Source of the DNA: Bdellovibrionota bacterium
GTDB taxonomy: Bacteria; Bdellovibrionota_C; UBA2361; JBIKUX01
DNA: 64,000 bases
Assembly: GCA_044347345.1 (NCBI GenBank)
Contig: JBIKUX010000006.1
Span: 32,001-96,000 of the forward strand
Reading direction: 5' to 3'
The translations under genes were made by a program, and so were the position numbers. Positions 1 to 9,109 of the stretch are shown here, one piece after another. Below the pieces are notes generated by a model, which did no database searches, was not told the DNA's origin, and saw only the letters and a list, made by a program, of their open reading frames with translations. How positions within the stretch are numbered: the stretch's first letter is position 1; every line of letters begins with the position of its first letter.

Positions 1-551
1 AGTAGAGCGCTATCGTCTAAAAGCTCTCGGTCGATCATGGCTAGACATCTTGTGTCAATAAGCACTAAGCCCGTCTCTTTGCTTCCTGATAAATCTCCTT
101 CGCAATCTTCACCCCTTACTCCTTCAGGATGGATAATAATAGAGGATTTATAAGGATTACGATGAATTCGATAGGTGCCGGAATCAAGTGCGATAACCTG
201 TCCTCCGTACTGACTTACTACCTCATTTTTGACCTCTGGAGCTTCATCTATGATTTTCGATAAGCTTGCAATAAAGCGCGGATTGGCAAGCATGAACTGG
301 TCAATTAAAACTAAGTTACCACTTTCAACTGCTATTCTCTCTCGTTTGTTACCGCTATCAAAGCTTTGTCGGTGGTGACGCGACCTTCTGTGACGTCCAC
401 TGTGATGACGTCCACTACTATGCTGTCCACTATTATGCTGTCCACCGTGATGCTGATGCCCGCCGCGACCTTCTGAATGATTACCATTATTATTTCCGTG
501 ATGTTGGCCTCTACGACCGCTGCCTCTTCGAGCAGAATGCTCCTTACGCAT
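1..551 (-). CDS. Hypothetical protein with His/Gly/Arg-rich N-terminal tail (runs off the window edge; not in ORF track)
   Basis: Manual translation from ATG 551 (GAGG upstream): MRKEHSARRGSGRRGQHHGNNNGNHSEGRGGHQHHGGQHNSGQHSSGRHHSGRHRRSRHHRQSFDSGNKRERIAVESGNLVLIDQFMLANPRF..., open to position 1. Confidence 0.8.
   Translation of the reverse strand, partial: MRKEHSARRGSGRRGQHHGNNNGNHSEGRGGHQHHGGQHNSGQHSSGRHHSGRHRRSRHHRQSFDSGNKRERIAVESGNLVLIDQFMLANPRFIASLSKIIDEAPEVKNEVVSQYGGQVIALDSGTYRIHRNPYKSSIIIHPEGVRGEDCEGDLSGSKETGLVLIDTRCLAMIDRELLDDSAL
395..454. repeat. Four imperfect 15-bp tandem repeats (GTCCAC-led) encoding His/Gly/Ser-rich pentapeptides
   Basis: gtccactgtgatgac/gtccactactatgct/gtccactattatgct/gtccaccgtgatgct. 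Confidence 0.85.
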
Positions 552-841
552 GTACTGACCTCAAATAAAACTAGAACAATTAAAGCTGCTTGGCGTACAT
601 ACTGCTTCAACAAGAATCGAAGCTTTTCAGTTTTTTAAACCAAGTTTTTTAAACCACTGAGAGTATGTGCAATTTTTTCTCTTCTATACTTGTATCACCC
701 CTTAAGCACGTCATGCAAGGAATCTACAAAGTAAGTCTCTTGAGTCTAGGTCTGGACGGGGAGCCATCCTGAGGAAATGCCTAAGCATCCTAAGTATTAT
801 AGCTAGATTTAAAAATCACTTTCGTGTCTCAACTATGAAGG

Positions 842-1053
842 GGCATGAGTAGTAAACGGATAGACTGTTCAAGCAGAACTGGTTTGTGACCGATACCCTA
901 ATACAAACGTGAGTGCTTTGGGTTATTAGAGAATCGCTCAGGTTTGAAGAACAAGCAAGATTTAGCGATTTAATAACTGAAATAAGCACAGCGGTAAAGT
1001 AACGTGAATCAGTGTTGGTAAGCATGCGAGATGAGACCGTTTTGACTAATGCC
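842..1053 (+). ncRNA. Long rod-shaped structured RNA, 6S RNA-like
   Basis: Nested stems by eye: 842-859/1037-1053, 889-896/1012-1019, central bubble, 913-918/984-989, 921-928/971-978, 932-938/964-970, 942-946/952-956; G-U pairs favour the + strand. Confidence 0.5.
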
Positions 1054-1071
1054 TATCTCGGACAGGAAGGT

Positions 1072-1497
1072 TTGAGCTTCGACCCAGAAGAGGTAATCCT
1101 TGAAGGTGTATACCGAGATGAACTTTCAGCATACAGAGCTCGCCGAGTATGGCGAGAAGCTTTGGAAAGCAACTTTTTGTTAGAATTAGACCGAGATTTT
1201 AAACTTAATGTTGCTTTTGAGGATGAAAAAGACGTGTTTAAATTACGGTGTGATTTTGGTTCTGCTTGTGGACGCTATGCTTTCTGGAGACTAACACACA
1301 ATCAGGCTCCGGAAACGCAGTATTTACTTGAAACTGGGCATATACCTGTATCAGAGCAAAAACATAAAGAGCTTTGTGATGCTGCTGACTTATCTGTTGA
1401 AAGATACCTACCAGCGATACTTAGAGGATCATACAAGCATGATTCTACTTGGTCATTACAACGACTTTCTCACTGGGTTCGATCTATATTTTCATGA
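1072..1497 (+). CDS. Hypothetical protein
   Basis: Part of ORF 1012..1497; TTG 1072 follows GGACAGGAAGG and avoids overlap with the structured RNA; ATG 1024 is the alternative start. Confidence 0.65.
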   Translation: MSFDPEEVILEGVYRDELSAYRARRVWREALESNFLLELDRDFKLNVAFEDEKDVFKLRCDFGSACGRYAFWRLTHNQAPETQYLLETGHIPVSEQKHKELCDAADLSVERYLPAILRGSYKHDSTWSLQRLSHWVRSIFS

Positions 1498-2549
1498 ATT
1501 AGGGAATGAGCTAATTCGTATGAAGCTGACCTTTGTTCATCTGAGTCTTGCCGCCAGTACATTCCTAATTTATTTAGAAGTTCTGTATCTTGATCTGAGT
1601 CAGGGTTTGGAGTAGTTAAGAGCTTCTCTCCGGCAAAAACGGAGTTTGCTCCAGCTAATAAACACAAAGCGTGCCCTTCGTCGGATAACTGCATCCTACC
1701 AGCTGATAATCTCACCATTGATTTTGGCATAGTGATGCGAGCTAGAGCGATAATTCTCACAAAATCAATTATTGAAATATCGTCTGAGTTGGCGAGGGGA
1801 GTGCCTTCAACTTTTACTAACATGTTGATAGGCACACTCTCTGGATGAGGATTTAGCGTAGCAAGCTGGGTAAGGAGGCCGATTCGGTCATCTAGAGATT
1901 CGCCCATCCCAACAATTCCACCACAACAAACAGTTATTCCAGCGTCACGCACAGCCTGGATAGTACGAAGCCGTTCATCGTAAGTCCTTGTAGTAATGAT
2001 ATTACCGTAATATTCAGGCGAAGTATCAAGATTATGATTGTAAGCAGTACAACCAGCCTGACGTAAACGCTCAGCTTGAGCTTTTGATAGCATTCCTAAA
2101 GTACAACAAACCTCCATATCAAGGGAACGAACCGTGCTTACAAGGTCAAGAAGCGCATCAAACTCTGGCCCATCCCGGACTTCACGCCAAGCGGCTCCCA
2201 TACAAAATCTGGTACTTCCTTGCGCTTTGGCTGCTGAAGCCTTTTCTTTAACGATATTTTTTGGCAGAAGTTTATGTTTTTCTACTCCTGTAGAATAGTG
2301 AGCACTTTGAGGACAATAAGAGCAATTTTCAGGACAACCACCTGTTTTAATCGACAACAGAGTTGAACGTTGTACCTCATAAGGGGAGAAGAATTTACGA
2401 TGAATTAGTTGAGCTGCCATCAATAGGTCAGGAAATGGCAAGGTAGCTAAGTCTTTTATTATTTCTCTAGTCCAATTGTGCTTTGGCTCGTATTCCTCGA
2501 GATTTGTAACTTCTAGAAAAATTTTTTCTTGGGATTTAGTCTTAGACAT
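1470..2549 (-). CDS. bioB: Biotin synthase (radical SAM)
   Basis: [17 protein letters not shown] (CxxxCxxC), [33 protein letters not shown]. Confidence 0.97.
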   Translation of the reverse strand: MSKTKSQEKIFLEVTNLEEYEPKHNWTREIIKDLATLPFPDLLMAAQLIHRKFFSPYEVQRSTLLSIKTGGCPENCSYCPQSAHYSTGVEKHKLLPKNIVKEKASAAKAQGSTRFCMGAAWREVRDGPEFDALLDLVSTVRSLDMEVCCTLGMLSKAQAERLRQAGCTAYNHNLDTSPEYYGNIITTRTYDERLRTIQAVRDAGITVCCGGIVGMGESLDDRIGLLTQLATLNPHPESVPINMLVKVEGTPLANSDDISIIDFVRIIALARITMPKSMVRLSAGRMQLSDEGHALCLLAGANSVFAGEKLLTTPNPDSDQDTELLNKLGMYWRQDSDEQRSASYELAHSLIHENIDRTQ

Positions 2550-2655
2550 ATAAAACTTACACAGTACAATTTATTAAAGAATTTTTAGCTACCTAATTTC
2601 TTATAGTTAGCACCTAGCCTGATGGATACAATAGAAAGACAAAGGGGTATGCGCT

Positions 2656-3375
2656 TTACCATAGCAAAAACTGAGCTCCCGCACGGTAAACAGCACCTCT
2701 TAGCTCAGTGCAAATTCGGTCACCCTCAAGCCATCCTAGTCGGTCTGCTTCCTGAAATATTTTCTGCTCTTCAGGAGTACAGAGCACTCCAACAGGAAGT
2801 AAGCACGCAGGCCTAACTTGATTCACTGTTAAAGTGGATGAACTGGATAATGCATTGGTTGAAATGAGAACTTTTTTGAGTGAACACACTGCTCCCATAC
2901 CAAACAGCACAGAATTAATAATGACTAGGTCAACGCCTTTATTCACCAATTCATCCCAAAAATAACTGCTTGGTTCGGGGGAATGATGCGGTGATAGTAA
3001 AATAGCTAAAAGTATTGAATTTTTACCATCATCAACACAATCAAGAGTGAGTCGTACCTCGTGTAATGAATCAAGTATCTCTGGTAGCGCCTGAATATCA
3101 AGTTTAAGCGAGCTTTTAGAGTGGTCAATTACGATAGTATGACTACAGTCAGGTAGGTTATTTTGCTGAAACTGAGATACTAACGAAAGTACGGAGTTAA
3201 CCTCGGCGCTATTGCCAATTATATGGAATATAACCTTATTTTTTGCATTATCTGTCGAAGCAACTTCGTTGTTAAGATTGAACACTTCAATGCTTGATTC
3301 ACTGCTTAAAGCTCTAACAAGTTGGTTTTGGCGCAGTCTTCGGGGTCGACAAGATATAGAAAATTTATCACTCAT
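2656..3375 (-). CDS. Degenerate porphobilinogen synthase (HemB/ALAD)-like protein, probably non-catalytic
   Basis: N-terminal RPRRLRQNQLVRAL and C-terminal LGWLEGDRICTELRGAVYRAGAQFLL resemble HemB ends; no Schiff-base Lys motifs; ATG 3375 preferred as start. Confidence 0.7.
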   Translation of the reverse strand: MSDKFSISCRPRRLRQNQLVRALSSESSIEVFNLNNEVASTDNAKNKVIFHIIGNSAEVNSVLSLVSQFQQNNLPDCSHTIVIDHSKSSLKLDIQALPEILDSLHEVRLTLDCVDDGKNSILLAILLSPHHSPEPSSYFWDELVNKGVDLVIINSVLFGMGAVCSLKKVLISTNALSSSSTLTVNQVRPACLLPVGVLCTPEEQKIFQEADRLGWLEGDRICTELRGAVYRAGAQFLLW

Positions 3376-3482
3376 AATCGCAATACCGTATAGATTGTAG
3401 CAAAAAAAGTACAACCTTTCTCATATTTGCTTCATATCAGCTATTTAATCAGATAAGCCTTGGAATCATATCATAGGTACTC

Positions 3483-4211
3483 ATGACTAGGAATGCCGCT
3501 CGCAGAGACCCAGTATCTTCACGTGAAGAGCGCGACCTTCTGGTGTCGGAGCACGAAAAATTTGCTCGTGTCATCGCTGGACAGGTTTTAAATTCACTAA
3601 GCCTATCGAAAGATTTTTTAGATGATGCAGTAAGCTGTGCATATGTTGGCTTAGTAGAGGCAGCCGAGCGATATGACCCCTCATCTGGAGTTCCTTTTCG
3701 TGGCTATGCATATATAAGAATAAGGGGGGCTGTTATTGATGGATTGCGCGGCGTTACTGGCTCGTCTCGAGCACATCGCCGCCGGTTACGGGTATCACAA
3801 CATGCACTGCTTGATATTGAGGAATCCGGTGCAGTTAGACATGTTAGTAGACAAAATGCTACCCGTGAGGAGAAGCTCGGCGTTTTACTTGATTTGGTTT
3901 CCCGAGTTTCAGTTTCTTTTTCTTACAGTGAGCGTGAGGCTGAAAATAATTTTGGGGTTGAGCTTGTAACTCCTCAGCATGAACTTCCTGAAGAGATAGC
4001 GATACGAAAACAAACTCAGAAAAATTTAAAAAAAGCTTTCGAAACATTGTCTGATGAAGATCGATTCATACTTGAAGGAATTCATCATCGCGAGTGCACG
4101 TTAGATGAACTGGGCGCTGAACTGGGGGGAGTGAGTAAATCATGGGTAAGCAGAAAACATACTCGGGCGCTCGACCGACTTCGAGAGGCTTTAGAAGCCT
4201 TAGAAAAATAG
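3483..4211 (+). CDS. FliA/WhiG (sigma-28)-family RNA polymerase sigma factor
   Basis: Region 2 AYVGLVEAAERYDPSSGVPFRGYAYIRIRGAVIDGLR; region 4 HTH TLDELGAELGGVSKSWVSRKH. Confidence 0.9.
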   Translation: MTRNAARRDPVSSREERDLLVSEHEKFARVIAGQVLNSLSLSKDFLDDAVSCAYVGLVEAAERYDPSSGVPFRGYAYIRIRGAVIDGLRGVTGSSRAHRRRLRVSQHALLDIEESGAVRHVSRQNATREEKLGVLLDLVSRVSVSFSYSEREAENNFGVELVTPQHELPEEIAIRKQTQKNLKKAFETLSDEDRFILEGIHHRECTLDELGAELGGVSKSWVSRKHTRALDRLREALEALEK

Positions 4212-4213
4212 AT

Positions 4214-5074
4214 ATGCGTAAACATCACATTAAATTAAATAATGATCGTAACTCTCATTTGATCGCTAAAATAAGGATTTTTTTATATTCGCTGATTACT
4301 TTCTTTGGAGTCGCTTGTAAACAAGAGATTCTTCACGATCTAAGTGAACAGGAAGCAAATAGATTATTAGCCAAGCTACATAGTGAGTCACTTTCTCTAC
4401 ACAGTGAATCACTGTTCCCGATTAAAAAACAACAATCAAATGGACAGTGGAGTATCGCTGTAGAAGATGACCAGGTAGCTAAAGCAGTTACCATTCTCGA
4501 TAATTTAAAGTTATTTGCTCCCTCTCCTGATAGTAAAGTAGAGTCCACATCCTCTATTTTTGCCTCTAATGAGGATATTCGTTTAGCTTTTGAACAACGT
4601 AAGGGGAATGATATAGCCCATACGCTAAAAGGACTGGCCGATGTTTTGCAAGCAAAGGTGCATCTAAATATCCCCAATTCTGTAAAGCGCTTTGGGGGAG
4701 CAACAACCAATGAGGAATCATCAGCAAGTGTTATTTTGATAGTGGATCCAAATTTTAATATCACCGCTGAAGAGATTAAGGGATTAGTTGGCGGTGCGGT
4801 AGGAATACCTCAAGAGAGAGTGCAGGTTCTTCTGCACGTTACTCAGCGTCCTGAGTTACTGAATGGTAATTTTGAAAAATCCTCGTCTACCAAAGATGTC
4901 GTACCTAAAGATTCATTACTTTTTACAAAAAAAAGTTATCTGACAAACAAATGGCGAATGTTTGCGTTTATAACAATCGGTCTTATTACAGTGCTTGTAG
5001 GAGCGGTATTTTTGATGGTTCTAAAGCGGTCTGGCAATTCTTCCGTACCGTTTCTGTTAGGCGAAGAGTCCTAA
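4214..5074 (+). CDS. sctJ: Type III secretion inner-membrane ring lipoprotein, SctJ/EscJ/YscJ family
   Basis: Lipobox GVAC then KQEILHDLSEQEANRLLAKL; DVLQAKVHLNIP; SSASVIL; IKGLVGGAVGIPQERVQV; C-terminal TM helix; ATG 4214 just after the sigma stop. Confidence 0.85.
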   Translation: MRKHHIKLNNDRNSHLIAKIRIFLYSLITFFGVACKQEILHDLSEQEANRLLAKLHSESLSLHSESLFPIKKQQSNGQWSIAVEDDQVAKAVTILDNLKLFAPSPDSKVESTSSIFASNEDIRLAFEQRKGNDIAHTLKGLADVLQAKVHLNIPNSVKRFGGATTNEESSASVILIVDPNFNITAEEIKGLVGGAVGIPQERVQVLLHVTQRPELLNGNFEKSSSTKDVVPKDSLLFTKKSYLTNKWRMFAFITIGLITVLVGAVFLMVLKRSGNSSVPFLLGEES

Positions 5075-5098
5075 AAAATACCTTGAGGAACAAAAACT

Positions 5099-5716
5099 GT
5101 GGCGACAGAAAAAGCTCTGTGGGGCTCTTCATCAAATCTTGTGGGTTTATTATCAGGCATTTGTCTCTCTCCAGAAGAAACTTTCTCAGTAATAGAAACA
5201 GTTTTAGGATATCGTTATGCAAAATTAGGCGCTGAAGCTCAGAAAACAGTAGAGGTATTAAATAATTTTCCTCTCAGATGGAGAAAAGAGCTATGCCTAC
5301 TTTCTTTACAAGACTTAATATCTTCTTTTCATTGGTATTCAATTTATTTTTTTGGCATACTCAAGCCCAATATTTTTCAAGTTACATCGGTTAATGTAAA
5401 GAAGAATTGGTCAAACAATTATACAGCTACTTTCGTACATCCTATTTATATTCCGTGGTCTATTGATGAAACTATATCCCCTACTACAGTAGTAAGTAGC
5501 TCATCAAATGGCAGCAAGATTGATAGTTTAGAATCTAACGTTGAAGGTAGCTTTTACTTGGGATCAGTCCCATATATTCAAGCTAGTGATAGTAAAAATT
5601 TTTACTATAAAGTAACAGACCCTTTACATGTCACTTTACGGCTAAATGATGGAAGGTGTTTTTTTGGATCAACAAGTTTGTCACTAGACAAAATAGAAAT
5701 ATCAACAGAATTTTAG
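5099..5716 (+). CDS. Hypothetical protein, possibly degenerate SctQ/FliN-like (SpoA domain at C-terminus)
   Basis: C-terminal PLHVTLRLNDGRCFFGSTSLSLDKIEIS resembles the SpoA pattern PVxIxVNGxxIAxGEVVxVxxxxGVRI; operon position. Confidence 0.4.
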   Translation: MATEKALWGSSSNLVGLLSGICLSPEETFSVIETVLGYRYAKLGAEAQKTVEVLNNFPLRWRKELCLLSLQDLISSFHWYSIYFFGILKPNIFQVTSVNVKKNWSNNYTATFVHPIYIPWSIDETISPTTVVSSSSNGSKIDSLESNVEGSFYLGSVPYIQASDSKNFYYKVTDPLHVTLRLNDGRCFFGSTSLSLDKIEISTEF

Positions 5717-5830
5717 CTTTTCAGATAGCAACTAGCTTAATCTCAAAACGATTCTTTAATCGTGAATTAAAAACGTATTGATTAATCCTCGTCATAAGAA
5801 AACATCGACCCTTTCAACAAGGAAACACCA

Positions 5831-6190
5831 GTGTCTAATAATTTAATAAGCACGTTACCAAACTCTTTAATACAGACTAACCCAAATCAAATTAGCTCAG
5901 GCCAGATGAAGGGTAAAAATCTACATTTAAATAACGATGTAAGTCGGTTTTTTTTTGAGCGACTTAAAACTAGCGCAAATTTACGATTAAGGGAGACAAA
6001 GTCTAATTATGAAAATTTTTCTGATACCAAAAATTCACCGATATCAGTATCAGATATTCAAAGGTATTCTAGGCTACTTATGAGTCAAGAAAATAGTCAG
6101 CGTGATCTACAAAAGCTTCAACTACTATCTCAAATAAATCGAAGTGTCATTGATGCATCTCTTCAACCTCTACGTACTGTACGTTCGTGA
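5831..6190 (+). CDS. Small helical protein, possibly SctI/HrpB2-like inner rod
   Basis: C-terminal RLLMSQENSQRDLQKLQLLSQINRSVIDASLQPLRT fits the inner-rod LLxxQ...LxLxSK pattern; AAGGA upstream of GTG. Confidence 0.4.
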   Translation: MSNNLISTLPNSLIQTNPNQISSGQMKGKNLHLNNDVSRFFFERLKTSANLRLRETKSNYENFSDTKNSPISVSDIQRYSRLLMSQENSQRDLQKLQLLSQINRSVIDASLQPLRTVRS

Positions 6191-6270
6191 AAAAAAATTA
6201 ATTTGCAATCGATCTTAGAATACAAAATGTAGGAAAAATAAAAGAACAAACTGTAAAAAAGGATGATTCG

Positions 6271-8169
6271 GTGCACAGGAGTCTAATTCCAATACTAGTT
6301 ATTGCAATGGTGGCAAGTATGCTTGTGCCGCTGCCATCCTTTGTGATTGATTTATTACTTACAGCCAATCTTGTCAGTACGATTATTCTTTTATTGGCAA
6401 CGTTCTTTATTACTGAGCCATTGAAGCTTTCAGCCTTTCCCTCATTATTACTTTTGATGGCATTAGCAAGATTGTCGCTGAATATAGCCACTACTCGAAT
6501 GATCTTAAGTAAGGGGGAGGCGGGGTCAGCAATTGAAGCCTTCGGTTCAATTGTAATTTCTGAAAATCTAATTGTTGGATTTGTAACGTTTTCAATTATT
6601 ACTCTAGTGCAGCTAATAGTCGTAGCAAAAGGTGCTGAACGAGTAGCTGAAGTTTCTGCAAGATTTGCTCTTGATGCTCTTCCAGGAAAGCAAATGTCGA
6701 TCGATGCTGATTTGCGCACAGGATTAATCTCAATTGATGATGCAAGGAAGCGAAGAGACGAACTTCAGGCAGAATCCCGTTTATATGGTGCACTTGATGG
6801 TGCAATGAAGTTTATTAAAGGTGATGCAGTAGCGGGACTTCTTATAACTCTGGTAAATATTATTGGTGGTATCATTACAGGTGTTTGTGTTAGAGGACTA
6901 TCTTTTTCTGACGCTATAGATGCTTATATTTTACTTAGTGTCGGTGATGGCCTCTTATCGCAAATTCCAGCCCTTCTTAATGCGCTTGCCGCCGGAATTA
7001 TTGTTACGAGAGTTGTAAATGGTACAGACTCATCATTGGCGTTAGACCTTCCAAAACAATTAGGCTCTCTCTCCTTTGCGGCACCAGTAGCAACATTTTT
7101 ATCTCTAATTTTGAGCTTACTCGTGGGTCCAATCAGTATTTTTGTAGCAGTAGCTGCATGTGTATTAGCCATTATTCAAGCTCGTAAACGTATTAAGGAT
7201 AAACATCGCTCAGCAAAAAATCACAGAAAAGATGATTTTCATAGGTTGGTAAGACGTTTACCACCAGTAATTTCTATTGAACTATTAAATCTAAATGATT
7301 TATCTCCTGAGATTATAAATGAAGCGATGGAAAGTGTGAGATCTGAGTTTTGGCATCAAACTGGATTATGTTTTGACCTTCCAATCGTAAAGTTTTCAGG
7401 AATCGTAGATAACTCCAGAAGTTGTATGCGTATTTTTATTCATGGAGAGCAAGTTTTTCAATCTGAGATTGATAATCGGATCAATCACGCAGATGGTCTT
7501 CTGAAATTAATAAGTGATTACGTCCGCACAACTATGGTGAATGTTCTCCCAGATCTAATAACTGATTCGGTTGTTCGTCGATATATTGAGACATGTGAGC
7601 GAGAGGGATGTGAGCTAGGTTCATCAATTATACCTAATGTAATATCAATAACTCAAGTTACTGAATTGATAAGGTCTCTTGTTTCCGAAAGAGTACCACT
7701 AAGAAGTGGTAGACTTTTTCTTCAAGCTTTGGCTGAATCAGTTCCAAGATGTGGTTCTGGACGCATGCTAGTTGAAGAAATACGGATTGCGCTTCGTCGC
7801 TCTGTATTAGCACCATTCGGTATTCCTGGTTCTATTATTTCGTGTCGTGCTCTTCCTCCCTTGGCTGATTATTTAATTAGTAAAGCAGAGCGAGCGCAGT
7901 CAGCAGAAGACGCTGAGCTTCATCTTGCTATCGCAGAAGCCTGTAGCAATTGGGATCTTGATTTACCAATAATTGTCGGCCGTGGCGCTAGAAAAAGAGT
8001 GCGTGAAACCTTGTTAATGAGGAAAATTGATGTCCCAGTGCTCGCTTACGAAGAAGTATGTGATTACGAACTCGATATAGTACAGCTTGTTGATATACCT
8101 GAGCATCTGTTTGGCCTTCCTCAGATAAGTAATTCAAGTAGTAAAAATATCCAGGATCAAACAGTTTAG
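6271..8169 (+). CDS. sctV: Type III export gate protein, FHIPEP family (SctV/FlhA)
   Basis: AFPSLLL, RLSLNIATTRMIL, KGAERVAEVSARFALDALPGKQMSIDADL, YGALDGAMKFIKGDA, GDGLLSQIP. Confidence 0.92.
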   Translation: MHRSLIPILVIAMVASMLVPLPSFVIDLLLTANLVSTIILLLATFFITEPLKLSAFPSLLLLMALARLSLNIATTRMILSKGEAGSAIEAFGSIVISENLIVGFVTFSIITLVQLIVVAKGAERVAEVSARFALDALPGKQMSIDADLRTGLISIDDARKRRDELQAESRLYGALDGAMKFIKGDAVAGLLITLVNIIGGIITGVCVRGLSFSDAIDAYILLSVGDGLLSQIPALLNALAAGIIVTRVVNGTDSSLALDLPKQLGSLSFAAPVATFLSLILSLLVGPISIFVAVAACVLAIIQARKRIKDKHRSAKNHRKDDFHRLVRRLPPVISIELLNLNDLSPEIINEAMESVRSEFWHQTGLCFDLPIVKFSGIVDNSRSCMRIFIHGEQVFQSEIDNRINHADGLLKLISDYVRTTMVNVLPDLITDSVVRRYIETCEREGCELGSSIIPNVISITQVTELIRSLVSERVPLRSGRLFLQALAESVPRCGSGRMLVEEIRIALRRSVLAPFGIPGSIISCRALPPLADYLISKAERAQSAEDAELHLAIAEACSNWDLDLPIIVGRGARKRVRETLLMRKIDVPVLAYEEVCDYELDIVQLVDIPEHLFGLPQISNSSSKNIQDQTV

Positions 8170-8178
8170 GAGTCTCCT

Positions 8179-8715
8179 TTGTTAAGAAGAGTAAATTTAA
8201 TATCGATAGGTGCGGTAGCGTTAGTCTTAGCAGGTTGTGCTTCAAATGTGTATCGAGGCAAATATAGGGAAGAATATCCGGTAAAAGCTGCAAATGCTGT
8301 GAAAGACGGTAATCGGGCTTTAGATGAATTACGATTAGTTGATGCACATAGATTATATTTAGAATCCCTTAAGTGGTCATTGACACCTCAAGCTTATGAT
8401 GGACTTGGGCGTGTATTTTTTCGAGGTGGAGATATAAAAAATGCTGAAATTTATCTTCAGAAAGCTATTTCTCTAAATTCTGACTATGCGCCGTCTTATC
8501 GTAATCTTGCGTTGTTATATGAATACCAAGGAGAGTATCATAAGGCTGAGAGTTTTTATCGAACAGCAGTATTAGTAGATCCAGCTAATGCAGTTTCGCA
8601 CAGTAACTTTGCCGATTTTTTAAAAAAATATGAGCGAGGCAGTTCAAATGAATCGAGTTATCATTCTTGGATGGCACGGCAATTAAGCAAATATCTAATT
8701 TCCTCAGAGGAATAA
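8179..8715 (+). CDS. TPR lipoprotein (pilotin-like)
   Basis: Lipobox LAGC; TPR units AYDGLGRVF, SYRNLALLY, SHSNFADFL; AGGAG upstream of TTG. Confidence 0.8.
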   Translation: MLRRVNLISIGAVALVLAGCASNVYRGKYREEYPVKAANAVKDGNRALDELRLVDAHRLYLESLKWSLTPQAYDGLGRVFFRGGDIKNAEIYLQKAISLNSDYAPSYRNLALLYEYQGEYHKAESFYRTAVLVDPANAVSHSNFADFLKKYERGSSNESSYHSWMARQLSKYLISSEE

Positions 8716-8716
8716 A

Positions 8717-9031
8717 ATGACAAAAGAGAATGCCAAAAAAAAGACTAATTTAAGGGAACAAAAAAAAACCACGAGACAAGTTGAAACAAGCCTAGCTACA
8801 AAAAGCGCGGTTGAGTCTATAAAGTCAGTATGGGCTGAGGAAATAGCTAATTTGGCCTCAGTGGAGTTCTCTTCTGTTGAGGAAATAATTAAAGCTTTAG
8901 CTGAACAAGTGAGTAAGAGAACAGGCTTAAATAATCAAACTGATGTTTTTGCTATTATCAAGGAGTTAAAGGATGAAGATGAAACTTTAGACAATCTTCT
9001 TAAGTCATTAATAACAAACTCACCTAAATAA
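8717..9031 (+). CDS. Hypothetical protein, last gene of the T3SS-like operon
   Basis: 104-aa ORF starting 1 nt after the previous stop; GAGG upstream. Confidence 0.7.
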   Translation: MTKENAKKKTNLREQKKTTRQVETSLATKSAVESIKSVWAEEIANLASVEFSSVEEIIKALAEQVSKRTGLNNQTDVFAIIKELKDEDETLDNLLKSLITNSPK

Positions 9032-9109
9032 ATTTGCCTAAGTGATAAATTGTATCATTAGTAAGGCTATCATTAGTAAAACAACAGAAGCCTTAAGATT
9101 GCGGACATT

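Noticed and set aside
332-613. 93-aa minus-strand ORF in the track
   Set aside because: Off-frame shadow of the real gene starting at ATG 551, which has an SD and stays open to the window edge
754-791. Two small hairpins upstream of the His-rich gene
   Set aside because: Short stems with no riboswitch consensus that I recognise; could be chance
816-1025. 69-aa minus-strand ORF
   Set aside because: No recognisable features; lies antisense to the structured RNA candidate
2550-2655. BirA operator upstream of bioB
   Set aside because: No convincing TGTAAACC...GGTTTACA-type palindrome
6271-8169. Calling this gene flagellar flhA
   Set aside because: The neighbour is an EscJ-type lipoprotein rather than FliF and no flagellar genes are present; phylogeny is needed to settle it
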